A DNA stretch of 60,858 nt from Welwitschia mirabilis (lineage: Eukaryota): positions 45,753,363-45,814,220 of the forward strand of contig JBOZIK010000001.1 of NCBI GenBank assembly GCA_051453625.1, written 5' to 3'. The position numbers were made by a program, and so were the translations under genes. Within the stretch, counting starts at the first letter, position 1. The number at the start of each line of letters is the position of its first letter. Shown in pieces: positions 12,655 through 26,858 of this stretch. The notes under the pieces are model-generated. The model had not been told where the DNA came from. It did no database searches and worked only from the letters and a program-made list of their open reading frames with translations.

Positions 12655-15027
12655 GTGCATTGAATTACACTCTAACATTGTGCTCACTGTAGTGCCATTT
12701 CTAAAAGTAAAGTCATGCTGCAGTACCATGTGATAGTTTTGTAAAATCAAACAAAATCACATGCAAATTTGAGGTGGTTTTAATAACTTGTTGGCTTGAA
12801 ACTGACTCTAGAGTACTTATAAATATTCCCTCAGTGCCCATACCAATATAATATTGTTATTATACCATTTTTAGACCAAATTTTTCATTCTCAAGCATTG
12901 GGAGGAAGTTTTCTATCCATTTTCTCTTATTTTTCTTCATTTCCAAGTTGATCTTCTCTCTATATCAACTTTAGAAACCTTTTTAATTTCTCATTCTTAT
13001 CTTTAATATCATTCAAAACCATTCTTAGCCTTTTAAACCCTTTCATACCCCATTTTACATCATATTTTCTTCCATTTCCCTTCATCTAGATGGCATTAAA
13101 AGGGAGGTAAAGTGCACATGATCAGGTAATGCAAGAGAAGGATAAAGTATCAAATCTTCTAAGTAGTTGAATAGAGAATCAATGTAAAGGGCTATACATT
13201 CTTCTAAAATTAATAATCAATTTTTTCTTATGTTTTTCATGCTTTTTATTGATTAATTTATGCATGTTTATCATGATTTTCTTTCAATGTAATTAGACAT
13301 TTATAGCTTCTAGCATAACTAGTGTTAATTAGTTTGTAAAACAATGAGTATCTTTTATGGTAATCTATGATTTTTGCATATTTGATCAACTCTTTGTTAA
13401 AATAATTCATTTGTTTTATTTTTCTTTTCTCTTCTTTCCTCCAATCTTTTCATTTTAAGTACATTTCTCATGATTTCACTTTTTTTCCTAAAGAAATTAA
13501 TGTTTAATTTCTATTCTTTCCTCTCCAATAGAATTAGAATGATCTAAAAATATGTTATTTATACTTTTCTAAAATTAAAATTATTCTTTGTTGTAAGAAT
13601 TCCTCTCTTCTTTCTCCTTTCTCAAAATCAAAGTAGAACAATTAATTTTAGAGGTTGTTTTGGCCATAACATTTTTCTCTGCAACTTTAAATATTCTGAT
13701 ATTATATTAATAGTTTTTTTTTCGTAAAGTATAATAATCCAAATTTGACCTCTAAAAACCCATTTTCAGCAATTTTTAGTCTTAGTTACATTTTCTATTA
13801 GAAAATGTTCTAAACTGTCATATCTTATTTTTCTTATTTTTTATAGTGATTTTCTTAATCGTTTTAAATGTGTTTTTAAAAATTCAAGATTTTATCTTGA
13901 AGCATTTTTTAGTGCTTTCTAAATATGAAATCAATTTTATCTCAAGCTCTATTTTGCTAAATTCTTAGTCAAAGTAGGGTTAACTATAATTGTTTATAGT
14001 TTTTTTAGTTAAACTATTTTTGATCAATTATAATCTATTTTACATAATCTTAAATATTTAGTTTTATAAACTTGTTTTATGGAATATTTTGAGTATTTTG
14101 AGTGTTGTTAAATTTTCTAAGTCTATTTCTCTCAATTTTCTCTTCCCCTTTTCTCTCTCTTCTTTATTTATTCTTGTTTTATTGGTCAAAATAACTTGAA
14201 ATTGACTAGGATTTACTTTAATTTATTTAACATTCTTATACAAGTTTTATTAATTTCCTATTGATTTAAACCCTGATTTTTATTTCTAAATGCTTTTATA
14301 ATTCATTTTATGATTAAATAAAGAGTTATCATTCAAGTTAAATAGGTTGTAATTTAGCAAAGATCTTGTTTTTATCAAAAGGTTTTCCTAGTCAATGTGA
14401 AGAATCTAAGTGTTATATTTAGATTTTAAATTAATGTACATTTTAAATATAATGGATTATGATGTTTAAATTACCTAATTACATACATTTAATATGAATT
14501 AATAAGTCAAATTTTAAATGAAAATTATTTTTACATATGAAAATAACTTGATTAAATTTGAATGTTTAAACTCCTTTGGTTATTCATGTGAATTATAAAT
14601 TATGTTTAGAATCTTATAAATGTTCATAAAGGATTACTTCTTTTTATGTTCTTATATTTTCATTTTTACATCTTATAAAATTATGCTTTTAAACATGTAA
14701 TTTTTCATTATTATTTTATGTCATATGTGTTAAATTGGTTGTATGTTACTTTAGAGACATAGTTATTTTATCATATGAACTGACAGTTTGATAAGGTACT
14801 TTTAATATTTTCATAAGAATTCATGTTAAGTTTTTTATCGATTTGATACTCATGTGCTTTACTATATTTGCAATTCCATCTAGGAGATTTCTTTTTGATA
14901 TAATTTAAACTTTTTATACTTGATTTTCTTTCCCTAAGTTGAATTATCATGTTAAATACACATTTATTTTTGGTAGGGATCATATTGTGATATTTTTATT
15001 TTAAAATTTTAGTTTTTACTTCATTCA
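12655..15027 (+). mobile_element. 5'-truncated LTR of the Athila-type family at 15739-30086
   Basis: Colinear with 15739-17779 and ~27365-30086. All three end in ...AGTTTYTACTTCATTC(A/G). No PBS follows this copy. Confidence 0.8.
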
Positions 15028-15029
15028 AT

Positions 15030-15638
15030 AATATCTTATGGATCAAGACAACTTAAAATACATAAGAAAAATTATCATATTCATGATCTTGAATTAGCTA
15101 CATTAATTTTTGTTTTAAAGTTATTGAAGCATTACCTCTATAGAGTAAAGTTTCAAGTTTAGAGAAATCATAAGATTATAAAATACATTTTCACTCAACC
15201 AAACTTAAACCTTAAGCAAAGAAGATAGATGAAATTTCTATGTAATTTTAGTCTATAGATTTTATACTATGAAGGTAAGGGAAATAAGTTGTAGATGCTC
15301 TAAATGAGGTTATCTTAAAGTAATTATGAAAATTTAAAGCCAAATATTTAGCATTATTTTAGAGGAATAAAAAAGGGATGAAAATTATCACAAATTAAAG
15401 GATTAATTATAAAAATTAATAGATTTAGAGGAATTTATTATTAATTTAGATGGTAATCTCAAATTTAAGGGAAACATTTTAATTCCTAATGTAGATAAAA
15501 TTAGACATAAGTTAATATTTGAATTTCATAATCTACCTAAAGTAAGTGATTTTGGAGGAACTAAAATATATTAAAAATTAAACAAAGATTTTGATAACAC
15601 AGGATGAAATAAGATATAGCAAAATTTGTATCAATGTA
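15030..15638 (+). mobile_element. Chromoviral (Tekay/Del-like) RNase H-integrase fragment
   Basis: Translates to HDLELATLIFVLKLLKHYLY...HKIIKYIFTQPNLNLKQRR*MKFL, matching the HDLELAA..ALK.WRHYLYG..DHKSLKY..LN.RQRRW pattern. Confidence 0.85.
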
Positions 15639-15738
15639 NNNNNNNNNNNNNNNNNNNNNNNNNNNNNNNNNNNNNNNNNNNNNNNNNNNNNNNNNNNNNN
15701 NNNNNNNNNNNNNNNNNNNNNNNNNNNNNNNNNNNNNN

Positions 15739-17779
15739 ATCAACTTTGAAAACCTTATACATTCCTCATTCACATCTTTTTCTATCATATAATTTCATTT
15801 TTGGACTTTTAAATATTTTCATATCATATTTCTTGTCATATTTTCTCCCATTTCCATTCATCTAGAAGGTGTTGCAAGGGTGGTGAAGTACACATAATTG
15901 GATAGTGTAAGATGAGGAGAAAGAATCAGGTCTTGTAAGTAATTAGATGGAGGACTAATGGAAAGGTTTGTGCATTCATTTGAAATTAATAAGTTTTACT
16001 TTTTTTTATGTATTTCATGCTTTGAATTACTTGATTTATGTATGTTTATCATGATTTTCTTAAAATGTAATTAGAATTTTTATAGCTTACNNNNNNNNNN
16101 NNNNNNNNNNNNNNNNNNNNNNNNNNNNNNNNNNNNNNNNNNNNNNNNNNNNNNNNNNNNNNNNNNNNNNNNNNNNNNNNNNNNNNNNNNNNNNNNNNNN
16201 NNNNNNNNNNNNNNNNNNNNNNNNNNNNNNNNNNNNNNNNNNNNNNNNNNNNNNNNNNNNNNNNNNNNNNNNNNNNNNNNNNNNNNNNNNNNNNNNNNNN
16301 NNNNNNNNNNNNNNNNNNNNNNNNNNNNNNNNNNNNNNAAATTAAAATTATACAACATTGTAAGAATTATTTTCTCTTCTTTCTTCTTTCTCAAAATCAA
16401 AGTAGAATAGTTAATATTAGAGGTTGCTGCTGCCATAAATTTTTCTCTGCAACTCTAATGGTTCTGTAATTTGGTTAGTAGATTCCTATTAGAATTTAGA
16501 AAATTTTTTTCGCAAAGTTTTAAAACCCAAATTTGGCCTCTAAAACCATTTGGGCCATTTTTAGTCTTAGTTAGAATTTTACTTAGACAAATTTCTGAAT
16601 TGTAAAATCTTTTTTTTTTAAATTTTATATACTCATTTTTTTAGTCATTTTTAATGTATTTTTAGAAATTAAGGATTTAATATTATATTACTTTTGAATT
16701 ACCTTTAAATTATAAAATTTAATTTTTCAAAAGTTTCATAGTTTGCTTAATATTCTCAGTCAAAATAGGGTTGACTATAATTTTTTGTAGTTTTTCTGGA
16801 TGAACTGTTTTCATTGATTGCAATTGATTCTACTTAATATTGAATATTTAGTTTTACAAACTTGTTTTTAGAATATTATAAGTATTTTTAATGGTCTTGA
16901 GACTTTTAAGTTTATTCTTCTAAATTTTCTCTTTTCCTTTTCTCTCTCTTCTTCATTTCTTCTCTTTTTACTAATCAAAATAACTTGAAATTAACTATGA
17001 TTACTTTGATTTAATGAACATTCATATGCTAGTTTTTATCAATTTATTTTTGATTTAAACCCTAATTTTAATGTTTAAAAGCTTTTATAATTCATTTTAT
17101 TTTTAGTAAAAGAGTTATCTTTTAAGTCAAATGTATTGCAATTTAGCGAAGATCTTATTATTGTCAAATGTTTTGCCTAGTTAATTTAAATGATCTAGAT
17201 TTAGAGTGTTTTATTTTGATCATAAATTGATGTATACTTTACATAGAAAGGAATATTATGTTTAAATTTACCTAATTATATCCATTAAGTATGGATTAAA
17301 GAAGTCAACTTTTCAAGGAAAATTATTTTCACACATGAAAATCACTAGGGTAAATTTGAATGTTTAAACTTCTTTGCGTATTCATATGAATTATAAATGA
17401 AATTTAGAATCTTGTGAATGTTCATAAAAGATTACTTCTGCTTTTTTTTTCCTTGTAATTTCCATTTTTACATCTTGTGAAATTATGCTTTTGCACATGT
17501 AGTTTTCCATGATTATTTCAAGTCCTGTGCATCAAATTAGCTGTATGTCACTTAAGAGAAATAATTATTTTGTCATACAAGTGTTTTGTCAGTTTAATAC
17601 TTATGGGCTTTTACTATATTTACAATTTGATCTAGGAGATTTCTTTATGATACAATTTAAACTTTTTATACTTAATTTTCTTTTCCTAAGTTAAAATATT
17701 ATGTTAAGTATACATTTATTTTTATGAAGGCTTGAAGCATGATCTCCTCATTTTAAAAATTGAGTTTCTACTTCATTCA
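15739..17779 (+). repeat. 5' LTR of the Athila-type element (start hidden in gap)
   Basis: Homologous to the 3' LTR, ends in CA, and is followed by a PBS. Confidence 0.8.
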
Positions 17780-17782
17780 AAA

Positions 17783-17799
17783 TTAGCATCATTACCATG
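17783..17799 (+). promoter_or_regulatory. Decayed primer-binding site (Athila tRNA-Asp type)
   Basis: TTAGCATCATTACCATG versus the Athila PBS TTGGCGCCGTTGCCGGG. The differences are almost all transitions, and the site lies 3 nt after the LTR end. Confidence 0.7.
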
Positions 17800-17988
17800 C
17801 AACACTTGTTATTATGTGAAATACTATACTTTTCTTTGAGAATTTACATACACTAATAGAAGTTAACTATTTTCATGTGCTTTCAATACTACAATTGCAT
17901 CAAGCCTTTTAGGTGCATATGTTCTAACTCTTATTACGTTTTTGTACATATCTTTTTCTTTTAATGTTATGCATTTATGAGTAGAAAC

Positions 17989-18058
17989 CGAAGACGGGAT
18001 TTGAACCCATGACTCAAGGGTATGAGCCTTGCAAGCTACTAGGATACTCTACTCCACA
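17989..18058 (-). pseudogene. trnfM: Degenerate plastid-type initiator tRNA-fMet(CAU) copy
   Basis: The minus strand reads TGTGGAGTAGAGTATCCTAGTAGCTTGCAAGGCTCATACCCTTGAGTCATGGGTTCAAATCCCGTCTTCG. It has a CAAGG/CCTTG anticodon stem with CAT and a GGTTCAAATCC T-arm. It matches chloroplast trnfM as recalled, with C>T/G>A decay. Confidence 0.85.
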
Positions 18059-18238
18059 ATTTTCTTTATTTTACTTGTTTGTTTAAATTTTTGATAATTA
18101 CATCAAGATAATCTAAATAGTTTTGTAGAACAAATAAAAAGGTTTTGATAACGAAGTTGAAATAATCTAAAAAGGTGTTCACTATGAATAAAAAGAAGAC
18201 TTTTGAAAATTATTTTGGAAACTCTTCGAAGCAACTGC

Positions 18239-18412
18239 AAATAAAATAGTCAAAATTGCCTTAATGGCTTTTTCAAACAAAATAGCCAAAATCGCCTTAA
18301 TGGCTTTTTTAAACAAAACAGTCAAAATCGTCTTAATGGATTTTTCAAATAAAATAGCAAAAATCACCTTAATGGCTTTTTACAAAATAGCCAAAATTTC
18401 CTTAATGGCTTT
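18239..18412. repeat. Tandem repeat, 36-bp unit x5, in the retroelement leader
   Basis: Unit AAAYAAAATAGYCAAAATYGCCTTAATGGCTTTTTY, with no spacers between copies. Confidence 0.9.
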
Positions 18413-18529
18413 GGTAAATGTTTGTATAGTTCTAAATCCTCTTCATCTCATAACTTACCTCCAAATTTGATTTCATCTTCACTTGAATTTAACACCTTTG
18501 CTTAAGCTTCAAATATTCTTTCTTCTCAA

Positions 18530-19817
18530 ATGGCTACTAAAGATAATAATTCTCATATGTCTAGATCTCAACCTATATTTAGTCAGCTTTTTGAAGATTA
18601 CTAAACTAACTATTCTATTTCTTTTATCCATGATGCTTTAATATCTATTAAAAACTTAAAGGACTTCCCAAACTTTCGTGGTTTATATTGTGATAATCCT
18701 TATGAATTTCTTGAAGAATTTGACTTAATTCATAAGATTACTCCTCAAGCTCATTCTGATGAAGTCAAATTAGTAATATTTCCTCTTTTCTTAAAAGATA
18801 GAGGTAAACATTAGATTAAACTAGTTAATCATAATGAAGATATTTCAAATCTTGGTAAATCTAAGAAGGCTTTTATTAAGAAATTTCTCCCCATTGCTTA
18901 CATTAAGTAAAAGAGAAATCTTATTAGTAGTTTCAAGTAATCTCGAACTAAATATTATTCTAAAACTTTTAAGCATTTTCAAGATCTTCTAATTAAAAAT
19001 TTTAATCATTATTTTAAAGTTTGGAGATTAGTTCAAGTTTTTCTAAAAACTCTTAATAAAGACATTAAAAAATTAGTATAAACATTAACTACTAAAGATT
19101 TGTTAAATTCTACTCCTGATGGAACATGGAAAGAATTAGAAGATTTATTAGAAGTTACTCAAAGGTGGAAAAATGTTGATAATGAACATGTTAGAAGTAA
19201 ATTTAATTTGAACAAATGTTTTTATAAGGATAAATCTCATGATGAATTAGCAAAGAAAATAAAGTTCTATCTGCTTAACTTGAAAATATTAAATTAGAAC
19301 AAGAAAATATTAAGGAAATTCTAATTTAACCTTTTTCAAGTTTATCTTATTATGAGTAGTATCAAGTAGAAGATCATTCCATTAAATTTTTTAAAGTTAT
19401 TTATATCATTATCATCTTTATAAATCTTATTCCTTTAATCAAAGTTATCATGCTTCTACACCATTCAATAGGTATCCTAACTCTCATCAAAAAAATTTTC
19501 ATTAGAGTTCCTTTCATTTGTTAGTCAATCAAATAGAACAAATGTAGCAAATCACTGGTTTCATGTTTCAACAATAAAATAAAAAGAAGAATCATCCTAT
19601 CTTATCTTACTAATCTACTCTAAATCCAACACCAACCAATGTGGTGGAAGAACACACTAATGTAAATGTCATTGGATCAAGAATTCAAAAACTTAATTCA
19701 AAACCTAGTTTTAAAGCTAAAGAAGATTCACATTTAGATAAAATAATTAAAAATATTGAATCTGACTCTAGGGAAAAATTCTAAAAGAGAAAATTAGAAG
19801 ATTCAATTCCTTTTCTA
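18530..19817 (+). pseudogene. Athila gag remnant, copy 1
   Basis: FPNFRGLYCDNPYEFLEEF and VKLVIFPLFLKDRGKH resemble Athila gag motifs. Frameshifts and stops are present. Confidence 0.75.
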
Positions 19818-20023
19818 GGCGTACATGTTCTATCTCTCATTACTTTTTTGTGCATCTCTTTTTCTTTTTATGCTATGCATTCATGAGTAGAAATTGGATT
19901 CATAATGGTAAATTTTTTCATAATACTAAACCCTCTTCACCTCATAATTCACCTTCATATTTGATTTCATCTTCACTTAAATTTAACACCTTTGCTTAAG
20001 ATTTAAATATTCTTTCTTCTCAA

Positions 20024-23000
20024 ATGACTATCAAAGATAATAATGCTCATTCATCTAAATCTTTATCTACTCTTGGTTAGCTTTTTAAAGTTTTCCAAAT
20101 TAAATCTTCTATTTTACTTATGATGCTTCAATATCTAGTAAAAACCTTAAGTATTTCCAAAATTTTCATGGTTTAGATCATGAGGATCCTTATGAGTTTG
20201 TTGAAGAATTTGACTTATTTTACAAGATTACTCCTTCAACTCATTCTGATGAATCCAAATTAGCAATTCTTCTCCTTCTTTTAAAAGATAGATCTAAACA
20301 TTGACTTATACTATTTAATTATAATGAATATCTTTTAAATCTTGGAAAATTTAAGGAATATTTTATTAATAAATTTCTCCCTGCTACTTGTATTAATTAA
20401 ATTAAAAAGCTTATTATTAGTTTTAATAAATCTTTGACTAAATCTTATTTGAAGATCTTTGAGTGTTTTTAAGGTCTTCTAATTAAAAATTTTAATTATG
20501 ATTTTGAAGTTTGAAGATTAGTTCAATTGTTTTTAGATGGACTTAATAAAGAAATCAGAAAAATAGTAAAAACATTAACTATTAGATATTTATTAAATTC
20601 TACTCTTAATGAAGCATGGAAAAAATTAGAAGATTTAGCAGAAGTTACTTAAAGATAGAAAAATATTGATAATGATCATGTTAGAAGTAAACTTAGCTTG
20701 AATGAACTTTTTCATAAGTATAAATCTCATGATGAATTAGAAAAAAAAATAAAAGTTCTTTTTGCTTAACTTGAGAATCTTAAATTAGAATAAGATAAGC
20801 TTAAGAAAAGTCTAACTCAACCTTCTCTAAGTTTATCTTTTTGTGAGTTGTATTAAGTAGAAAATCACTTCATTAAATTTTGTAAAAAATTTAAGGCAAC
20901 TCTAAGTGATTTACATCTTTATCATCTTTTTGAAGCCTATGCCTTTAATTAAAATTATCATGCTCCTACACCATTCAATAAGTATTCTAACTCTCATCTA
21001 AATAATTTTCATTAGAATTTCCTTTTCTCTTTATAACAATTAATGTCAAAGGCAATCTAAATCTTTACCTCTTCCTCCTTCATAGAAAACTAAATTGGAA
21101 GAAATAATGCATTTGTTAGTTAATTAAATGGAACAAATGCAATAAACCATTAATTTCATGTCCCAACAACAAAATAAAAAGGAGAATTATGCTAGTTTGT
21201 CTTCCCAATCTACTTCTCATCTAAAATCAAATAATGTAATGGAAGTACATTGATGCATATGCCATTAGATTAAGAAGTGGAAAGTCATTTTAAAACATAG
21301 TTTTAAATCTAAAGAAGATGCAAATTCAGATAACATAATTGAAAATCTTGAATCTGATTAGTTTTAAATATAAAGAAGATGAAAATTCAAATAACATAAT
21401 TAAAAATCTTGAATCTAATTCTAGAAAAAAGTTTTAAAAGAGAAAATTAGAAGATTTTATTCTTTTTCCTAGTCATCTTTAATCTAATAAAGGTTCTAAT
21501 AACTATGATGATCTTCATAAAATTTTTAAAGATGTTAACATTAATCTTCTCCTTCTTGAGATAATTAAGTAAATTCCTTATTATCCAAGTTTCTTAAATA
21601 CTTATGCACTCATAAAAGAAAGATTCAACCTTCTAGAGAAATAATTAATCTTACTTCATCTATTACTTGTGTTTGTAATTAAACATACCTATGAAGTATG
21701 ATGGCCCTAGATTTCCTACTATCTCTATTACTATTAATGATCATATTATTTATAGAGCCTTAGTATGTTTAGAAGCTGAAGTCAACCTTATGCCAAAAAT
21801 TATTTTTCATGTCTTAGGATTTAACCATGTTGATTTGACTAATGTAATTCTTTCTATAAATAATGGAACCTTGGTTAAATCCTTTGAGATATTAAGAGAT
21901 GTATTGATCCAAATTAATAAAGTAGTTTATCTTATGGGATTCATTATTCTTAAAATTTCCATGAATTCCACTAGTTACCCTATCACTTTTAGTAGACCTT
22001 GGCTTTCTACAGTGGATGCGAAAATTAATTATAGATTTGATGCATTAAAAATTATCTTTGACAATCTTCCCATTACCTTGAATGTGTTCTATAATTAGGG
22101 AAAAAAGACTATTGAATTGAATGAACATTTACCTACGCCTGAAATTCAACCTGTAAGTGATGATTTTTTTAATTTTGAATGATATATTTTGTTCATATGC
22201 TAATTATGAATTGCTTGTTACATCTTATTTAGATTCAAATGAAATTGATACTCTTATTAGATGTGTTTATTTTGAATTTATAATTATGTTTGTAAATAAA
22301 TAAAAATGAATGTTTCTTTGAATGATGTTTTTATAGCTAATAGTATTACTAATATTGAATTAAAACCTCTACTTGATCATTTAAAGTACATCTTTCTAGG
22401 TAGTAATCAATTTAAACCTGTTATAATTAGTGCACATCTTACTTATTTTTAAGAAAAAGATATTTATGATATATTTCTTGAACGTTCTCTAGCTTTTGCT
22501 TGGTTCTATCATGATTTGATTAGTGTTCATCCTTTTGTTTGTTCATATTGTTTTATTTAGAATCTAATATCAAACCTGCTTATCAACCTCAGCATATACT
22601 AAATTCAAGTTAAGGGATATTGTTAAAGATAAAATCATGAAACTTTGGCAAGCTAATATCACTTGCCCCATTACAGATAGTGAATGGGTAAGTTCTTTAC
22701 AAGTTATTCCAAAAGAAGAACGGTAAATGATGAATTTGTATTGATTTTTATGCTCTTAATAATCATACTCAGAAAGATCCTTTTTTTGTTCATTTTATCA
22801 ATTTAATTCTTGATAAAATTTTTGACCATCATTATTGTTGTTTTTTGGATGGATACTATGGCTATTATAAAATTTTAATAACTCTAGAATGTCAAGAAAA
22901 AACTACTTTTACTTGTCCCTTTGGAAATTTTACATACAGTCGCATGCCTTTTGGGTTATGTAATACTTATACAACTTTTCAAAGATGCATGACTGGTCTT

Positions 23001-25090
23001 TTTTTTAAATTTAGTAATTAATTATTATAAATATTCATGAATGATTTTTCTCTTTATGATGATTCTTTTGATCAAATAATTTATCATTTAAAGTTAACCT
23101 TAAATTTTTGTACTGATCATAATCTTAACCTTAGTTGGAAGAAAGGTCATTTCATAGTTACTAAAGGCATTATTCTTTGTCATACCATTTTTAAAGAAGG
23201 AATAGAAGTAGATTCCACTAGTATTTATATCATTCATTCTCTTCTAGCTCCTACTTATGTTAAATATATAAGATCTTTCTTAGGTCATGTTCGTTTCTAT
23301 TGTCGTTTCATTCCATCTTTTAGTTCTCTTAGTAAATCTTTGATTGAATTGCTTTTAAAAGATGATGTTTTTCTTGGACTCTTGAGTGTGAGCTTGAATT
23401 TTAAAAACTAAAAGACTTTTTTTCATCTTCACTTGTCCATGAATATTCTAATTGACATTGTTTGTTTGAAATAATAACTGATGCAAGTAATTTTACAGTA
23501 GGTGAAGTATTAGATCAAATTGTTGAGCATAAATCCTTTGTTATTGCCTATGCTAGTAAGACTTGCATAATGCTCAACTTAATTATTCCACTACTGGAAA
23601 GGAGATGTTAGGTGTTATCTTTACTCTTGAAAAATTTTTCCACTATCTTATTGGTTATCCTATAATTATCCTTACTTATCATGTTTCTTTAAAATACATT
23701 CTAAATAAGCCCTTAACTAAACCTACTCTTATGTGTTGGGATTTACTTATGCAAGAACTTGATATTACAATTAAAGATAGAACAATAATGAAAACCCCAG
23801 TTGCTAATCATTTATCTCATCTTTCCATGTCCATTAATCCATTTTAAATTAATGAAAATTTTCTGGATGAAAATTTACTTGCTATGAATGTTTTACCTTG
23901 GTATGCTAATGTTACAAATTTTAAATCCTATGGTAAACTTTCTAGTAACATGTCTTATTATGATCAAAAGAAAATTTTGTCTTAATGAATAAATTTCTTT
24001 GGAAACTACTTGTTTTGTTTAAATATTGTAGTAATCAAGTCTTTTGAATTATGTAACTAAGAACGAAATGATTAATATACTAGAATTTTATCATAATGGT
24101 GTTTGTGATGGACATTTAAGTGGAAAGAAAACCACATCTAAAGTTTTAAATGCTAGATTTTTCAAGATGCTAATAAATTTTTTAAATCACATGATAAATG
24201 CTAAAGAATGGGTGGAATTAGTAGGAGAAACAAAATGCTTCTTGAACTTATCATTGTTTGTGAACCTTTGATGTTTAGGGTGTTGATTTTGTTGGACCAT
24301 TTCCATCCTTATTTGATATTGTTTATATTCTTATTTATGTGGATTATATTTCTAAATGGGTAAAAGACAAAGCTTATAAAGATTGTTATGCTAAGACTAT
24401 TGTTAGATTTTTAAAATATTATGTTATATCCTATTTTTGTCATTCTTAAGTAATCATTACTGATCAAGGAACCCATTTTTGTAACAAAATTTTTAGAAAT
24501 GTTATGCTTAAATGTGATATTACTCATAAGGTATCTACTGCATATCATCCTCAAAATAATGACAAAGCTAAAGTAACAACCCATGATCTTATTAGAATTC
24601 TTTAAAAAAATAGCTAATACTAATAGAAAATATTGGTCACTAAAATTTTCTGACCCCTTATGAGCTTACCATATAGCTTTTAAAATTCCCATTCCTTTTA
24701 AACTTATTTATGATAAATAATATTTCCTTTCTATTAAGATAGAACATCAAGATTTTGATATTAGTCGTACACTTAATCTTGATTTTGAAAAATGTGCTAC
24801 ACATAGATTAGATGAATCAAATGAATTAGATGAAATAAGATTAAGTTCTTACAATAATTGAGTTCTTGCTAAGAAATCAATGGAATATTATCCTGATTAT
24901 ATCATTCTTAAGAAAACATTTCATGTAAGTAATAAAGTTTTACTTTTTAATTCTCATTTTCATTTATTTCTTATAAAATTAAAGTCTATATGGGAAGGTC
25001 ACTTTATTATCACTCATGTTTTTCCTTTTGGGACTATTAACATTCAAGATCCTAAAACTGGTCATGTTTATTAAGTAAATGAATCTTAAA
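20024..25090 (+). pseudogene. Athila gag (copy 2) plus pol remnant: protease, RT, RNase H, integrase
   Basis: Protease RALVCLEAEVNLMP. RT SEWVSSLQVIPK, CFLDGYYGYY, FTCPFGNFTYSRMPFGLCN, IFMNDFS. RNase H FEIITDASNF, AQLNYSTTGKEMLGVIFTLEKF. Integrase GVDFVGPFP, VDYISKWV, DQGTHFCN, STAYHPQ. Confidence 0.92.
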
Positions 25091-25656
25091 AAAACTAAAA
25101 GATAATAAAAGTTGTTTATGTTTCTTTATTTTTCTTAAAACTAAAAAATATTGGTATTTTTTGGATAATGAAATAAGAGTTATAGATCTTGTGTAATTAC
25201 ATTCAGAAGGTCTACAAGCTTTAAGAAGGATCTACTTTTATTTATTTTATAAAAAGTATCAATCTAAAATTATTTTCAAGTTTTCTTTTTAGTTTTTATT
25301 TTTCTTTATTCCTTTAATAAATTATAACTAAGCTATGTATTTTTCACATAAAAATCCTAGTTTTCATTCAAGTTTTAAACCTCCATATTTATTAAAATTT
25401 TGTATTTAATGCTTTATCTCTTTTTTATGATAGTGTATATTTTTTGTGTATGAAGTCTATGAGATTTGCTTTCTTATGTAATATTGTTTTATAATATAAT
25501 ATTTTGCATGTTCTTTTATTTTATCTATCTTGTGTTTACATTTTTCTTTTCTTTTTACAAATGAATAAAACTTAATAAAAATTTAGTTGTAATTTTTACA
25601 TTTATGAATAAAATGTTAAAGTACTAATGTATCTGCATTTATTTCTTATCTCCTAT

Positions 25657-25657
<1 letters not shown>

Positions 25658-25729
<72 letters not shown>
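25658..25729. repeat. (AC)n microsatellite running into an assembly gap
   Basis: Uninterrupted AC repeats, directly visible. Confidence 0.98.
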
Positions 25730-26858
25730 NNNNNNNNNNNNNNNNNNNNNNNNNNNNNNNNNNNNNNNNNNNNNNNNNNNNNNNNNNNNNNNNNNNNNNN
25801 NNNNNNNNNNNNNNNNNNNNNNNNNNNNNATGAAATATTATCATTATTAAATCATTCTTTGGAAACATTTTCATGTAGGTGATAAATTTTTACTTTTTAA
25901 TTCTTATTTTCATTTATTTCTTAGAAAGTTAAAATCTAAATGGGAAGATACCTTTGTTGTTATCGTGTTTTTCTTTTTGGGACTATTGAATTAAAGATCA
26001 TAAAATACTCATGTTCAATGTGTAAATGGATCTAAACTCAAGTTATCTAATGATCAAAATTTAAATGGGATTGAGATATATTTTGATTCTTCTTTTGGAT
26101 GAAAATGTGATAAAATCTAAAAAACCAAAATATTTTAAAAATATTAGTATTTTTGGATGATGAAATGAGAATTATGAGTTTCATGTGATTGCATTCAAAA
26201 GGGCTACAAGCTTTTATAAGGGCCTACTTCTCTTTGTTTTTCCAAAAGTATCAACTCACAAATATTTTCAGCTTTTGTTTTTGAATTTTAATTTTTCTTT
26301 TTTCTTTTAATAAATTATGATCAAGCAATGTATTTTTAACTCAAAATCCTAGTTTTCACTTAAGTTGTAGGGTATCACTAATTATTTGTTAAGTTTAAAC
26401 CTCCATATTTATCAATATTTTATATTTAGTGCTTTATCAGTTTCTATATGATAGTGTGTATATTTCATGTATGAAATCTGTGAGATTCACTTTCTTATTT
26501 AACATTATTTTATAATATGATATTATAGGCATGCTTTTAGTTTACCTAGACTGTGAAATATATATTATAATGGATTTATTATTATTATTATTACTATTGC
26601 TTCATATGTTGTAATATTTATAGGACTAGCATTTAGATCCACAAACATCCACTTGAGCTATAGACATATCGATGATTAATCTGTAAGGCTTGGCAAATGA
26701 TGTAACTCCTCATCATCAGGTGAAGGATGAATGTCATTAGATATTGTAATAATATGTTTAATATCACATCCTGTAGATGAGCATCTTAATTATTAGTAGA
26801 CTTCCTTCCTCTTATCATCGTCACTTGCACAAAATGTACAAGGAGACTAATTGCAAAA

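Noticed and set aside
17989-18058. Functional nuclear tRNA-Met gene
   Set aside because: Plastid-type sequence with broken acceptor, D- and T-arm pairs, located inside a decayed retroelement.
18239-18412. 36-bp repeats as a CRISPR-like array, and ORFs 18182/18264 as repeat proteins
   Set aside because: The units are directly adjacent with no spacers. The 12-aa periodicity simply follows from a 36-bp unit.
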